Origin: Macrostomum lignano
Taxonomy: Eukaryota
Direction of reading: 5' to 3'
Assembly: GCA_002269645.1 (NCBI GenBank)
Contig: NIVC01004555.1
Location: forward strand, 1-42,131
DNA: 42,131 nt
In this document: positions 10,351 to 32,907 of the stretch, piece after piece
Position numbering within the stretch: the stretch's first letter is position 1
How the letters are laid out: the number at the start of each line of letters is the position of its first letter
The notes under the pieces: model-generated
Seen by the model: only the letters and a program-made list of their open reading frames with translations
What the model was told of the DNA's origin: nothing
The model's database searches: none
Translations under genes and position numbers: made by a program

Positions 10351-11603
10351 TTGAAGAGGGAGGTGTGGGGGGGCTTTGTGGAAAAATGTCTTTGGACAAT
10401 TAAACAGTTCCAAACCTCTTATGGTAGCCTGCACTACCACAATAACATAATAGAGTAGAATTTATAGTAGTGTTACTTTTTATCATTTTTGTACCAAATT
10501 AGCAAGAGGCTAAATAATATTTTTATTTGAATACATTAAATATATTTATTTTACTATGAAAAATAAATTGTTAAATTATTTTTGTTATTAATGCATGGAG
10601 AAAAACAATTACATATAGGAGTGATTTTATCTCAAATGAAATCAACTTATTTCATAAGTTAAATCTTAAGCAGTTTAAAACAATAAACCTTGAAACCTTA
10701 AAACAATAAGCTTAAAGTTAAAGTGAATTAGTCATTTCCAAAGTTTTTGAAAATAATTCAGATATTTATCAAGAGGGGGAATTAAAAGTTATTAAAAAAA
10801 TCCAGAGTTATGCTATGATATTCTAATCCCAGTAGTAGCCAAATTGGGAGAAGTACATGTACTAGTACATATAAATGCATCCTCCCTGATTTATACTGGC
10901 TATGCAAATTATTTTTTGACTAAAATGTGCCTTATATATAAAAGAAACCTTAAAGAGCAAAAATTTATACAATTTCTAGTAAATGGCCAGAGTAACTATA
11001 ATTTATCTTATTAAAGCTAAATGCCTTATCATCCAATTAGTACTATATATATATATTCTTTTGGGCAGGCATTTTTGCAGCTTATTTTCTATCACAATTT
11101 ACAGTAGCCAGATCAGCCAAGTAGCCAGCAATTGCGCATATATATAATAGTAGTAAAGACTACTCAGGCCAGAATACTACTAAAATACATTAGAACAATA
11201 CTAGAATATATCAGAACAATACCATAATGCATCAGAATGCTACCAAAGCATTACTAGAAATGAGTTATAATCAATCTATATAAATTAAATTAAACTATAT
11301 ATTATAATTTGCCTATTTCATATTATCAACTTCAATTTTAATGTATTAAATTTTGATAGATAATAAATTTTGATCTCAGATGTTCAAAATGATGGTATAC
11401 AACTTTTAACTAAATTGATCTGCTTCAACCAACTTTTTAGCAAAGTTTGAAAAGTTGACTAACACCAACTGGCAGTGTGAATCTAGAACCATAATTCTGA
11501 ATAATGCTTTAAAGAAACAAAAATAATACTTTTAAAGGGTGTCATTTTTTGTAACCTATAGCTGACCTGCAATGCCCCAATTGCAGGTGCACACGCATCA
11601 GCA

Positions 11604-22604
<11,001 letters not shown>

Positions 22605-22658
22605 CAGGTTTGCAGTCGGTTTCGAGAACTTCGACCTATGATGAGTTTTTTTCAAATT

Positions 22659-23972
22659 CAGATTCTAATGTGAGAATATCTCAGATTCTAATGTGGGAAT
22701 ATCTCGGATTCTAATGTGGGAATATCTCAGATTCTAATGTGGGAATATCTCAGATTCTAATGTGAGAACATCTCAGATTCTAATGTGGGAATATCTCAGA
22801 TTCTAATGTGGGAATATCTCAGATTCTAATGTGGGAATATCTCAGATTCTAATGTGGGAATATCTCAGATTCTAATGTGGGAATATCTCAGATTCTAATG
22901 TGGGAATATCTCAGATTCTAATGTGGGAATATCTCAGATTCTAATGTGGGAATATCTCAGATTCTAATGTGGGAATATCTCAGATTCTAATGTGGGAATA
23001 TCTCAGATTCTAATGTGGGAATATCTCAGATTCTAATGTGGGAATATCTCAGATTCTAATGTGGGAATATCTCAGATTCTAATGTGGGAATATCTCAGAT
23101 TCTAATGTGGGAATATCTCAGATTCTAATGTGGGAATATCTCAGATTCTAATGTGGGAATATCTCAGATTCTAATGTGGGAATATCTCAGATTCTAATGT
23201 GGGAATATCTCAGATTCTAATGTGGGAATATCTCAGATTCTAATGTGGGAATATCTCAGATTCTAATGTGGGAATATCTCAGATTCTAATGTGGGAATAT
23301 CTCAGATTCTAATGTGGGAATATCTCAGATTCTAATGTGGGAATATCTCAGATTCTAATGTGGGAATATCTCAGATTCTAATGTGGGAATATCTCAGATT
23401 CTAATGTGGGAATATCTCAGATTCTAATGTGGGAATATCTCAGATTCTAATGTGGGAATATCTCAGATTCTAATGTGGGAATTCTAATCTCAGATTCTAA
23501 TGTGGGAATATCTCAGATTCTAATGTGGGAATATCTCAGATTCTAATGTGGGAATATCTCAGATTCTAATGTGGGAATATCTCAGATTCTAATGTGGGAA
23601 TATCTCAGATTCTAATGTGGGAATATCTCAGATTCTAATGTGGGAATATCTCATTCTAATGTGGGAATATCTCAGATTCTAATGTGGGAATATCTCAGAT
23701 TCTAATGTGGGATTCTAATAATATCTCAGATTCTAATGTGGGAATATCTCAGATTCTAATGTGGGAATATCTCAGATTCTAATGTGGAATATCTCAGATT
23801 CTAATGTATATCTCAGATTCTACTGATTCTAATGTGGGAATATCTCAGATTCTAATGTGGGAAATGTGGGAATATCTCAGATTCTAATGTGGGAATATCT
23901 CAGATTCTCTTTGCTCAGATTCTACTTGTAATATCTCAGATTCTAGTCTGGTGTGATTCTCTCAGATTCTAA
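22659..23972. repeat. 23-bp minisatellite (CAGATTCTAATGTGGGAATATCT)n, about 55 copies, highly homogeneous
   Basis: Direct periodicity; irregular after ~23460. Confidence 0.97.
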
Positions 23973-24534
23973 CTCAAAAGCTCCTAAGATAATGTTCGTA
24001 TAGTATTATGCTGAAAGTAGTCTACTCCTAACAAAAGCAACAAGATAATGTGTTAATAGTTATGCGAAAGTTTATTTTACTATATGTTTTTCTTACCGAC
24101 TTTTAACAATCAATGCTTGTTGGTAATTTAAACTGGAAAAAGTTTTTTATTTAAAAAATCTTTGCCTATTGAAAGCTCCCGTTTTTATACAAACCAAATT
24201 TTCTATATTGGACTCGAAGTAATATTTTAGCACACACTGCACACACATTCCTTTCTGTTGTTGTTTCGTTCGATTGGCGTTGCAGTTATTCAACTTGTGT
24301 GTTCATTATGCATCTACTGTAGCTGCGTTCTGCTGCAGCCAGTGACAAATCTAACAGTAGCCGCCACTTTACCCTGACAATTGCAGCGGCTGGTGTGATA
24401 TAAATACAGTGCTTCGTGTCTATTGCTGCTTTTTGCATTGCTTACTTCTTTAAATTATAACTCTTCTGTTTGTATGGCGCCCTGAGAGCTTTTGGCTTGT
24501 TGTATTTTGCTATCGAATCAGCTTTGAATTTGCA

Positions 24535-24536
<2 letters not shown>

Positions 24537-24567
<31 letters not shown>

Positions 24568-24578
24568 GTGTCTGTCTT

Positions 24579-24621
<43 letters not shown>

Positions 24622-24696
24622 TTCTGTCTGTGTGTCTGTCTGTCTGTCTGTCTCTGTCTGTCTGTCTGTCTGTCTTTCTGTCTGTGTGTCTGTCTT

Positions 24697-24747
<51 letters not shown>

Positions 24748-24768
24748 TTCTGTCTGTGTGTCTGTCTT

Positions 24769-24814
<46 letters not shown>

Positions 24815-24864
24815 ACAGACTGTCTGTGTGTGTGTCTGTCTGTGTGTGTCTGTCTGTCTGTCTG

Positions 24865-24900
<36 letters not shown>

Positions 24901-25008
24901 ACAGACTGTCTGTGTGTGTGTGTGTGTTTGTCTGTCTGCCTGTCTGTCTGCCTGTCTGTCACAGACTGTCTGTGTGTGTGTCTGTCTGTCTGTCTGTCTT
25001 TCTGTCTG
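24537..25008. repeat. (TGTC)n microsatellite with TG and TCACAGAC interruptions
   Basis: Direct periodicity. Confidence 0.96.
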
Positions 25009-25507
25009 CCACTATAGCTATCAAAAGCACAAACAGATGTACTTTCATATTAAAATGCTTTCTTATCATGTTTCTTAATATTTTATTCAGCACAAAATTA
25101 TCCGACACATAAAATATATATAAGCTTTGTATAGAGCAACTTTTGCGACAAGCAACCTTTGTTCATTCAATATAAACAGTGAATTGTGTTTATCGTCTGG
25201 TATCTCATTGAAGCGGCCGTGTTAATTACTCACTGTGCTCAATAGCGCATCAATAAATGCGGAGTCTGCAGATTGGTTAGCGCCCGTGAATTTTTCCGAT
25301 TGCTTAAACAACGTTGGTTAGTTGATACTGGATAATCAAGGCTGGAGGAGGGGCGCCCTGCGGCTTTAGCTAATCTTCTTATTTGCGAATCTTAAGTTAG
25401 AGGATAAGGACGGCTGGATGGGTCGGACCCGTGTGTATTCAGCGGGATTGCCAGTGCAGTTACAGTCTTCCGCTTGCAATGCGGAACTTTCTTGCCCTCT
25501 GACGCCC

Positions 25508-25697
25508 AGACAGAGACATACAAACATTCATATATAGACAGGCAGACAGACAGACATACAGGCAGAGAGATAGACAGAAACTAAGACAGACAGACAGTCA
25601 TCGACAGGCAGTCATAGATAGACACAGACAGCAGGCAGGCAGACAGACACTAAGACAGCCGGACAGGGAATATAAGACAGACAGACTGACTGACTGG
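25508..25697. repeat. Degenerate (GACA)n tract, opposite polarity to 24537-25008
   Basis: Repeated CAGA/GACA words. Confidence 0.75.
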
Positions 25698-26310
25698 CGA
25701 AGAGATTGGCTGCAATTTTATATCATGTTATTATCATAAAGTTCCCTCATATAAACACGAAGGAAATTGAAGCCTAATCCAAATTTAGTTTATTCAAGAC
25801 CGAAGCTGCTACACGCAGCGGTCAAATTTGCCATGTACTCTACGCGTAAATCTGTATAATATGCTGCGCCTTGCATCAGTGATATGAAGTTCGCATCAAG
25901 CAGCTATAGTAGAACTGCAATTCATTTCTGGCATAGCAACTAATTCTCCGCCATAAATGGTTAATACCGCGCATCTCAGCAGCAGTTTATGCAAATGATT
26001 ACTTTGCTACCATTGGGAGGAAACTCGATTTGCCTGGCAAACAAATTTCTCTCTTCCTTGCTCGACTAAGCTGCATTGCCCTCCATCCGCTCAGCAACTT
26101 TATCGGCGAGGAACAACGCGAAAGAGTTTGAATTTGCGATGCAAATTAATGCGAACATTCTAGCTGCATTTAGCAAGCATATAATTGTAGGATCCCCGCA
26201 TGTATACATGCAATCTACTGTGTTTCTGAGCTCAGCAGGTTATCAGTTTATTTACAATATTATATAATTACTATTTGGCAATCTGCTTTGCCAGTAAAAT
26301 AAATTCTGAT

Positions 26311-26500
26311 CTCTACACAGTATCTGAGGATGGCGTCATTATTCTTTACACAGCATCTGATGATGACGTCATAATCTCTACACGGCATTTGATGATGACG
26401 TCATAATCTTTGCACAGCATCTGTTGATGACGTCATAAACTCTACACAGCATCTGATGATGGCGCCATAATCACTACACAGCATCTGATGATGGCGCCAT
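26311..26500. repeat. ~32-bp minisatellite (CTCTACACAGCATCTGATGATGGCGTCATAAT), 6 copies
   Basis: Unit starts at 26311, 26344, 26376, 26408, 26440, 26472. Confidence 0.88.
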
Positions 26501-26636
26501 ATATCCTTCAAAGTGTCCTTCTACATGCTTCAGCTGTTCACCACAAGATGTCATTATAGGAGACAGAACTCGTTGTTTTAACACATTTTCTAAGAAAAAG
26601 TTTTTCGTCAACTTCCGGGTGAAGTCGTTACCGACT

Positions 26637-27858
26637 CTAGTTCCCGCCGGGGACTAAGCTGTAACCCCGACATCGAAGTCGCCTTCTACGCCGACGCCCC
26701 AGCACCCGATTTGCCAACATGTTGTGCAGCGCGAAGACCAGTGGCTTCGGGCACGTCTCCAAGTCGATCTCGGCTGACCGGCCACCGCCGCTAGTCGATG
26801 TCGAATCTTCCAGGCAGCAGCCGAACTCCAATCGGAGCAACCGTTCGCCGTCGTCCGAGCTCGATTTCAAAGCTTCGAACGGCATCGTCCAGAGAGGCCT
26901 GGCGTCGCCTTCGTCTTGGTCGTCGGTCTCCCCTGGAAGCGACATCCGCAAACCGCCGAGCTCCGCGTCCAACAACAGCCGGCAGCGGCTGCCCTCGAAT
27001 CGGCAGGGCAGAGTCAGCGCCTGTCCGCAGGCGGCATCGGCGATGGCCTCGGACAGGGCGGCCGTCCAGCCGGCCAGACTCGCGGCCGATTCGGCCGTGA
27101 AGCTCAATGTCCGGACGCCGAGCGGGGTGCCAGTCCTGGTGGAAAACTGCAACGGCCGCGGCGCTGCTCCGTCTTCGTCGTCGGCAATCGTGAGCAGCAG
27201 GCGGGTGAACAGTAGGTCAATCCGATGCAGAACCGCGTCAGCAAGACGGCCTTCGACACTGACTGCGGCCGCAGCGTCAGCTGCCGCGGCGGCGTCGGGG
27301 AACACGAGCAACTGGTCCTCGACTAGCAGGCAGAAGACCCAGCGCCAGTCCGGCAGGCCTTTGACGCGACTGGCTGCTGCCAACCGCTCCTTCAGCCAGC
27401 CGGCTCGGAGAGGTCCCGCCGACCTGTCGCTTGTCGCCGCCGCCGCGATCGCCCAGTCGTCGGTCAGGGCTTCCACCGCTGATTCAACGCTACGAAACCA
27501 GGCGTCGGCGCCAGCGTCGCTGGGGGCGCGCAGGTGGCATCGATGGCGACCGCTTGGACTACGGAGCTCCAAGCAGCGCATCGAATCGTCTGGTCCATCG
27601 GCGAAGCGGCTCAGTTGGGCGAGGCGAAGCGGCAGAATTTGGACATCGTCGGCCTGCTTTGCTGTCGTCGGCGGCAGCGCTGGCGGCGGCGGGTGCAGCG
27701 TCTGGAGAAGCTTCACCTCGAGTTCGATGGCGCGGTTGCGACGTCGGCTGTTCCGGCAGGCTCGCTTCAATGATCGGACGGCCTCGTCGTGCGTGGTCGA
27801 GCGCAGGTCCTCGTCGTTTACGGATAGAATGGCGTCGCCCACCTGCAGGGTACCGGTT
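26637..27858 (-). CDS. SNTB: Syntrophin exon 3
   Basis: CCCTCAG|A ACC GGT; open to TAG at 26637. Confidence 0.9.
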
Positions 27859-28433
27859 CTGAGGGGACGAATGGTGTATTAGTTGGATGGTGGAGGGGTA
27901 ATAGAGAGATATTACCTATATTGATGATTATGATTATGCGTACTTATCAGCGGCCATCCCAGGAAAGATCCGACTAATAACGACTGGCATGTTAGTCTCG
28001 CGACCGCCCTTAATGCTAAGGCCCAGGCCGACACCATCCTCGCGGTCTATCAGAACCAGCCGTTTCTGATACTTTGTTTCAGCTAAAATTGGAGTTTATA
28101 CCGTCGCGTCGCTTATTGAAAAAGTCACAATTTCAAACACAGAAGAAACTCACCATTTTTAGTCTTGATTTCGCTCGAAGATTCCTCAGCAAAGTAGTCA
28201 ATGCTACGAGCTGTAAAATCGTTCTGAACTTCGTGACTTAACAAAAAATTGTCCAACATAGTGGTTACCCGGTGCCCTTCAGAGTTAGCTAAGGACTCAT
28301 TTTTAAGCGAGTAGTTATGTGGTTTCACAACGAGAGCCTCCTTGTAAAGGCTCACCGTGGCTTGTATCCACGAACCAGGCCCTGCGTGAACTTCAAGATT
28401 GCCGGTTAGAATTGGCTGCTCAGAGGATCCCAT
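26637..28433 (-). CDS. SNTB: Syntrophin (alpha/beta-type; split PH1, PDZ, PH2, SU domain), 3 exons, 546 aa
   Basis: complement(join(26637..27858,27944..28082,28154..28433)) = 1641 nt, GT-AG introns. Motifs: TGNLEVH..W..VSL (PH1a); [43 protein letters not shown]...THDEAVRSLK (PDZ); GWLKE (PH2); PFEALKSSSDDGERLLRLEFG...EIDLETCPKPLVFALH (SU). Alpha versus beta orthology not resolved. Confidence 0.93.
27944..28082 (-). CDS. SNTB: Syntrophin exon 2 (PDZ N-half)
   Basis: TTTTAG|CT to AA|[15 protein letters not shown]. Confidence 0.9.
28154..28433 (-). CDS. SNTB: Syntrophin exon 1
   Basis: ATG to G|GTGAGT. Confidence 0.85.
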
Positions 28434-29691
28434 TTATTGGTTTAAATACCAGGTATTACTACAAGTATTTTGCTTTATTTTAGCTTATCAATAATTGTAT
28501 TGTTTAAAACGTAGCTATAGATAATATCGGATAGAAAATCTGTATTTCTCGGAAAATTTATAAGTTAAATTAACTCAGCACGATAATTCATTCTTTTAAC
28601 AAATATATATAGCATAGAACGTTTGCACAGAAATAAATATTTTAAAATTGCACATGTGCATTATAGTACATTAAATTTACAATAAATATTTTATTTGTTA
28701 TGTTAATTTTTTATTCAAAATATACAACGACTTAATTAATTTCAAGGATTTCAACGTAAATTTTAACGTAGAATTTCAAGGAAGGACATTATACATTTGT
28801 AAGATGTACATTCTTACTTATAGATAGTCAAAAGAAAGATGGGTGAATTTATTTTTTTTCAGTAAAATTAGATACTTTTGTTTAAAATAGAAAAGACTTT
28901 TTTCTTCTGTATGATATGCTCTCGACGAAGGCTCTCCTTGTAACTAATGCATGTATTCCATTTAATAGTTAGGCGTTTAGTTTAAGAGATTATAGTAGCT
29001 TAATGCAGTAGTAAAAACGTGGCTGTAGCTAAAAATTACGTATTTAAGATAGCCTTATTCATTCCTTACTATTTTATAAATTACTTATAAAGTACAATTG
29101 TTAATAAACTATAAGAACTACAAATAGATACCTACAAATAAACTAAAGAATTCCGAATCGTATCATAATTGAAATATTCAATAAATACGTGTTCCAACGT
29201 CAGTAACAAAGCTACTTCAAGCTGGGTGCATGTAATTGTCAATAAACTATTTAATATTCGACTCCGGGTGTTTATGAGGCAAGCAAAATCAAGAATTTAA
29301 CAGAATAAATTCATTATTATTTTTGTCGAATAATTGCATCGAAGTGCAAATTTGCAAATTGTACAGCACACGCATTTTTATTTTTCGAAACATAAATTTT
29401 GAAGTGTTGCATAAAAATAGTTAAATTAATTCACTTTTTAACAGCATAAAAGTAAGCATCCTCGCGTGGTCCTTGACCTTGCTAATTTAGAAGAAAATTC
29501 GAAATTCGAAATAAAAATGTATTCGATATTTTTAGGGAGTAGAAATAATTTTAGGTATAAAATTAAATGGTAAACAAAATTTTAATTTAAAGCAAAAAGT
29601 TTTCAGTCGGTTACACGTCATGAATAAACCGCGTACTTTTACATGTTAGTTTAGCGTTGATTGACTTGTTGAGGTTCGTGTGCGTGCAGCT

Positions 29692-30587
29692 TTAGGAGTC
29701 TGGCTTGACCCGCTTGCGGCGCTGTTGAGCCGCCGTCGGCTGCTTCTTCTGCTGCTTGGCGGCCGGCTTTTTTGATGTCGCCGCCTTTGATTTTGCTGAA
29801 GCAGCCGGCTTTTTCTTTGGCTTCTCTTCTTCCTCTTCCTCATCTTCTTCCTCTGCTTCCTCGACATCCTCCTCCATTTCCTCGTCGATGTCTTCCTCTT
29901 CCTCCTCCGCCATACCGTCCTCGCCCTCCTCTTCTGCTTCTTCGTCCTCCTCCTCCTCATCATCTTCGTCGCCACCGCCAATCAGCGACACCACCCGGTG
30001 AACCCGGTGAGTACCGGTTAGCCACACCGGCCCGTCGCCTTCGGCTAGTTCGAACGTGCACGACGACGGCGTCGCGGGCAGACTCGTGGCAGCAGCCTCT
30101 TCGAAGCCACTGGCAGCCGCATGTACACCGGTCTCCAGCACGAACTCGTGGCCCAGGGCCAGGGTCCGCTGGCTGGCCGGGTCGATGCACAGAATCGGCG
30201 TGCCGCTCAGCGCAGTCAGCAGCTTCTCGTCCGCCTCTTCTTCAGCCCCTGCTGGCTGCTTCTTGGTCGACGATGGTGGTCCCGTGCGCACGGTGACCAG
30301 GTGAATACCGGCGGCCTTGCGCCAGAACGCAGCCAGTCACGTGCAGCAGATGACGCGTCACTCCCTCGGTCTCGTCGTCCGCATCTTCCTCGTGAGCGTG
30401 GTCCGACTGCTGCTTCTGATCTTTGCCGTTTTTAGAGTGCTCATCGGGTTTTGGCTCAACTCCGTTGCCATTCTTAGCCGCTCACTTTCCGGTTTCCCAT
30501 CCGGGCACCATTCAAAGCGCGGCTGCTCGCGGTCAACTGGCAGCGCCAGAAGTGCACGGACACTTGCTCAACTCTTTGCTCCTGCAT
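29692..30587 (-). CDS. Nucleoplasmin-like histone chaperone (NPL core, acidic tract, basic tail); intronless, three frameshifts as assembled (~30534, ~30481, ~30320), so a sequence error or young pseudogene
   Basis: Successive frames give HFWRCQL, DREQPRFEW, HLLHVTGCVL, GIHLVTVRT, then the open frame to CTFELAEGDGPVWLTG (nucleoplasmin core end), a D/E tract and KKQ..RRKRVK; ATG in GCCGCCATG context. Confidence 0.7.
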
Positions 30588-30654
30588 GGCGGCTAGAGTG
30601 CTTAAGTTGAACGCAGAGGACATTGTGCAGCTTTTTGGAGATTGAAGTTTCTAA

Positions 30655-30840
30655 TTGACTAAATTTTAGGTTCAGTCATGTTTATAAATCGATTTGCCAT
30701 GCCGTTTTTTTGGGGGGATGGGTTGAAGGCAGATCGGCCCTGATTGGCTGCTGAAATTTATCAGTCTATAAACACTGCGCGGATTGTTTTCCACCCCTCC
30801 CTCCCCGCCAAATACGTATAGAACCACCCCAGCCAATCAG
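30655..30840. promoter_or_regulatory. Candidate promoter of the nucleoplasmin-like gene, possibly bidirectional
   Basis: Minus TATAAA 30686-30681 and CCAAT ~30742-30748; plus TATAAA 30767-30772 and AGCCAATCAG 30831-30840. Confidence 0.45.
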
Positions 30841-31413
30841 AAAGAGCTTAGACTTTGTCTTTATCAAGGTCAGTTAGTTGAGTACGCTCGTAATAGTAAG
30901 TACACACACACACACTTGTTAGCCGGTTTTTGCAAGAAAGATAAAAAGGTTTAATAATTATCTGTTCGTATAATTGAATCAGGTTAGGTTACGTATTATT
31001 GAATACGTAAATTTACTTTATTAAACTACCTATTAAATTTACAGTCGGTGAGTCGGAAAAAGTAATTATTGAATACTTTCCAAGGCTAGTTCACACCAGC
31101 ATAAGATAAGATCGCGTGGTTGATTTATTGTACACCATGTGATGAAAGAATGTGTGCAACCCTTTTAAAGGCTAAAAAAAAGCTTCTAAATGGGACCTTT
31201 ATTATTGATCTCGTAGTTTTTCGTATAATATTATCAATCAAGTTAATTTTTCCAAGAAACGCCGTTTTCTGATGATTAGTTAATTCATAAGCTTTCAAAT
31301 ATAAACTCAACAACATTGATAAGTTGCCACCCTTTGACCCAGTGAGCAGCGTCGATCACCTGGCCAACCATTTTTATATTTGAAAATGCTTGAAAAAACA
31401 ATAAAAAAACCGA

Positions 31414-31880
31414 GCTTGCTATCTTGGGGATGCTTGCTATCTGGGGGATGCTTGCTGTCTTGGGGATGCTTGCTATCTGGGGATGCTTGCTATCTGGGGA
31501 TGCTTGCTGTCTTGGGGATGCTTGCTATCTGGGGGATGCTTGCTATCTTGGGGATGCTTGCTATCTGGGGGGATGCTTGCTATCTGGGGGATGCTTGCTA
31601 TCTGGGGGATGCTTGCTATCTGGGAGGATGCTTGCTATCTGGGGGATGCTTGCTATCTGGGGGATGCTTGCTATCTGGGGGATGCTTGCTATCTGGGGGA
31701 TGCTTGCTATCTGGGGGATGCTTGCTATCTGGGGGATGCTTGCTATCTGGGGGATGCTTGCTATCTGGGGGGATGCTTGCTATCTGGGGGATGCTTGCTA
31801 TCTGGAGGGATGCTTGCTATCTGGGGGGATGCTTGCTATCTGGGGGGATGCTTGCTATCTTGGGGATGTTTTCTATTTAG
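31414..31880. repeat. 18-19-bp minisatellite (GGGGGATGCTTGCTATCT)n
   Basis: Direct periodicity. Confidence 0.95.
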
Positions 31881-32430
31881 GGGGAATGTCTGTTATCTTT
31901 GTGAATGCTGTATTTTGTTGTCTTTCTGCTAATTTTAGAAAAAAAGAAAGAGATTCACAGCAAACATCCTTGTCCGTGACAATTTTACTCGAATAAGGTG
32001 ATTTATAAAACTGAAGAAGGAAATGTGCTTAAGAAAAGAAAATGTGCTTTTTTAAATGTTTTCCATGAATAAGTTTTGCTCCTTGCCTATTGAGCGCCCT
32101 GAAGAGGGGCACTAGATTGCTAGTTTTAATTATGAATCAATTACAAAGAAATACTATTTACTCGTACATGTAGATCTAGACCTGAAATATTTAAAAAAAT
32201 TGACTCATTTTTTTTTCTCATTGACTCATTGACTCCTGACTCATTTAATTGATTTAAGATTGTCAATCGACCCTTTGAACTTACTCTTGACTTAGGAGCT
32301 GGGAGCACCCCTTGAGTTACTCTTAATGCTGTTCAATTCACTCCTGACTCCCTGTGTCATATAGCATCCATATTCATAACTTTTGCACTCTTGAACTCCT
32401 TAATTAAGAGTCTCGAAAAAGCATTGACAA

Positions 32431-32907
32431 TCCTAATCCTAGCTTTATCCTAATCCTAGCTTTATCCTAATCCTAGCTTTATCCTAATCCTAGCTTTATC
32501 CTAATCCTAGCTTTATCCTAATCCTAGCTTTATCCTAATCTTAGCTTTATCCTAATCCTAGCTTTATCCTAATCCTAGCTTTATTCAAATCCTAGCTTTA
32601 TCCTAATCCTAGCTTTATCCAAATCCTAGCTTTATCCTAATCCTAGCTTTATCCTAATCCTAGCTTTATCCTAATCCTAGCTTTATCCAAATCCTAGCTT
32701 TATCCTAATCCTAGCTTTATCCTAATCCTAGCTTTATCCTAATCCTAGCTTTATCCTAATCCTAGCTTTATCCTAATCCTAGCTTTATCCTAATCCTAGC
32801 TTTATCCTAATCCTAGCTTTATCCTAATCCTAGCTTTATTCTAATCCTAGCTTTATCCTAATCCTAGCTTTATCCTAATCCTAGCTTTATCCTAATCCTA
32901 GCTTTAT
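32431..32907. repeat. 17-bp minisatellite (CCTAATCCTAGCTTTAT)n
   Basis: Direct periodicity. Confidence 0.96.

Noticed and set aside
22659-23972. CRISPR-like appearance of regular 23-47-bp repeats
   Set aside because: Head-to-tail units with no unique spacers, no cas genes, eukaryotic context
26719-27882. 387-aa plus-strand ORF antisense to syntrophin (and similar antisense ORFs over SCAPER, NPL and plakin exons)
   Set aside because: Expected shadow ORFs of GC-rich coding exons; no recognisable domains
32431-32907. Interstitial telomere
   Set aside because: Unit is a 17-mer containing GATTAGG on the minus strand, not tandem TTAGGG
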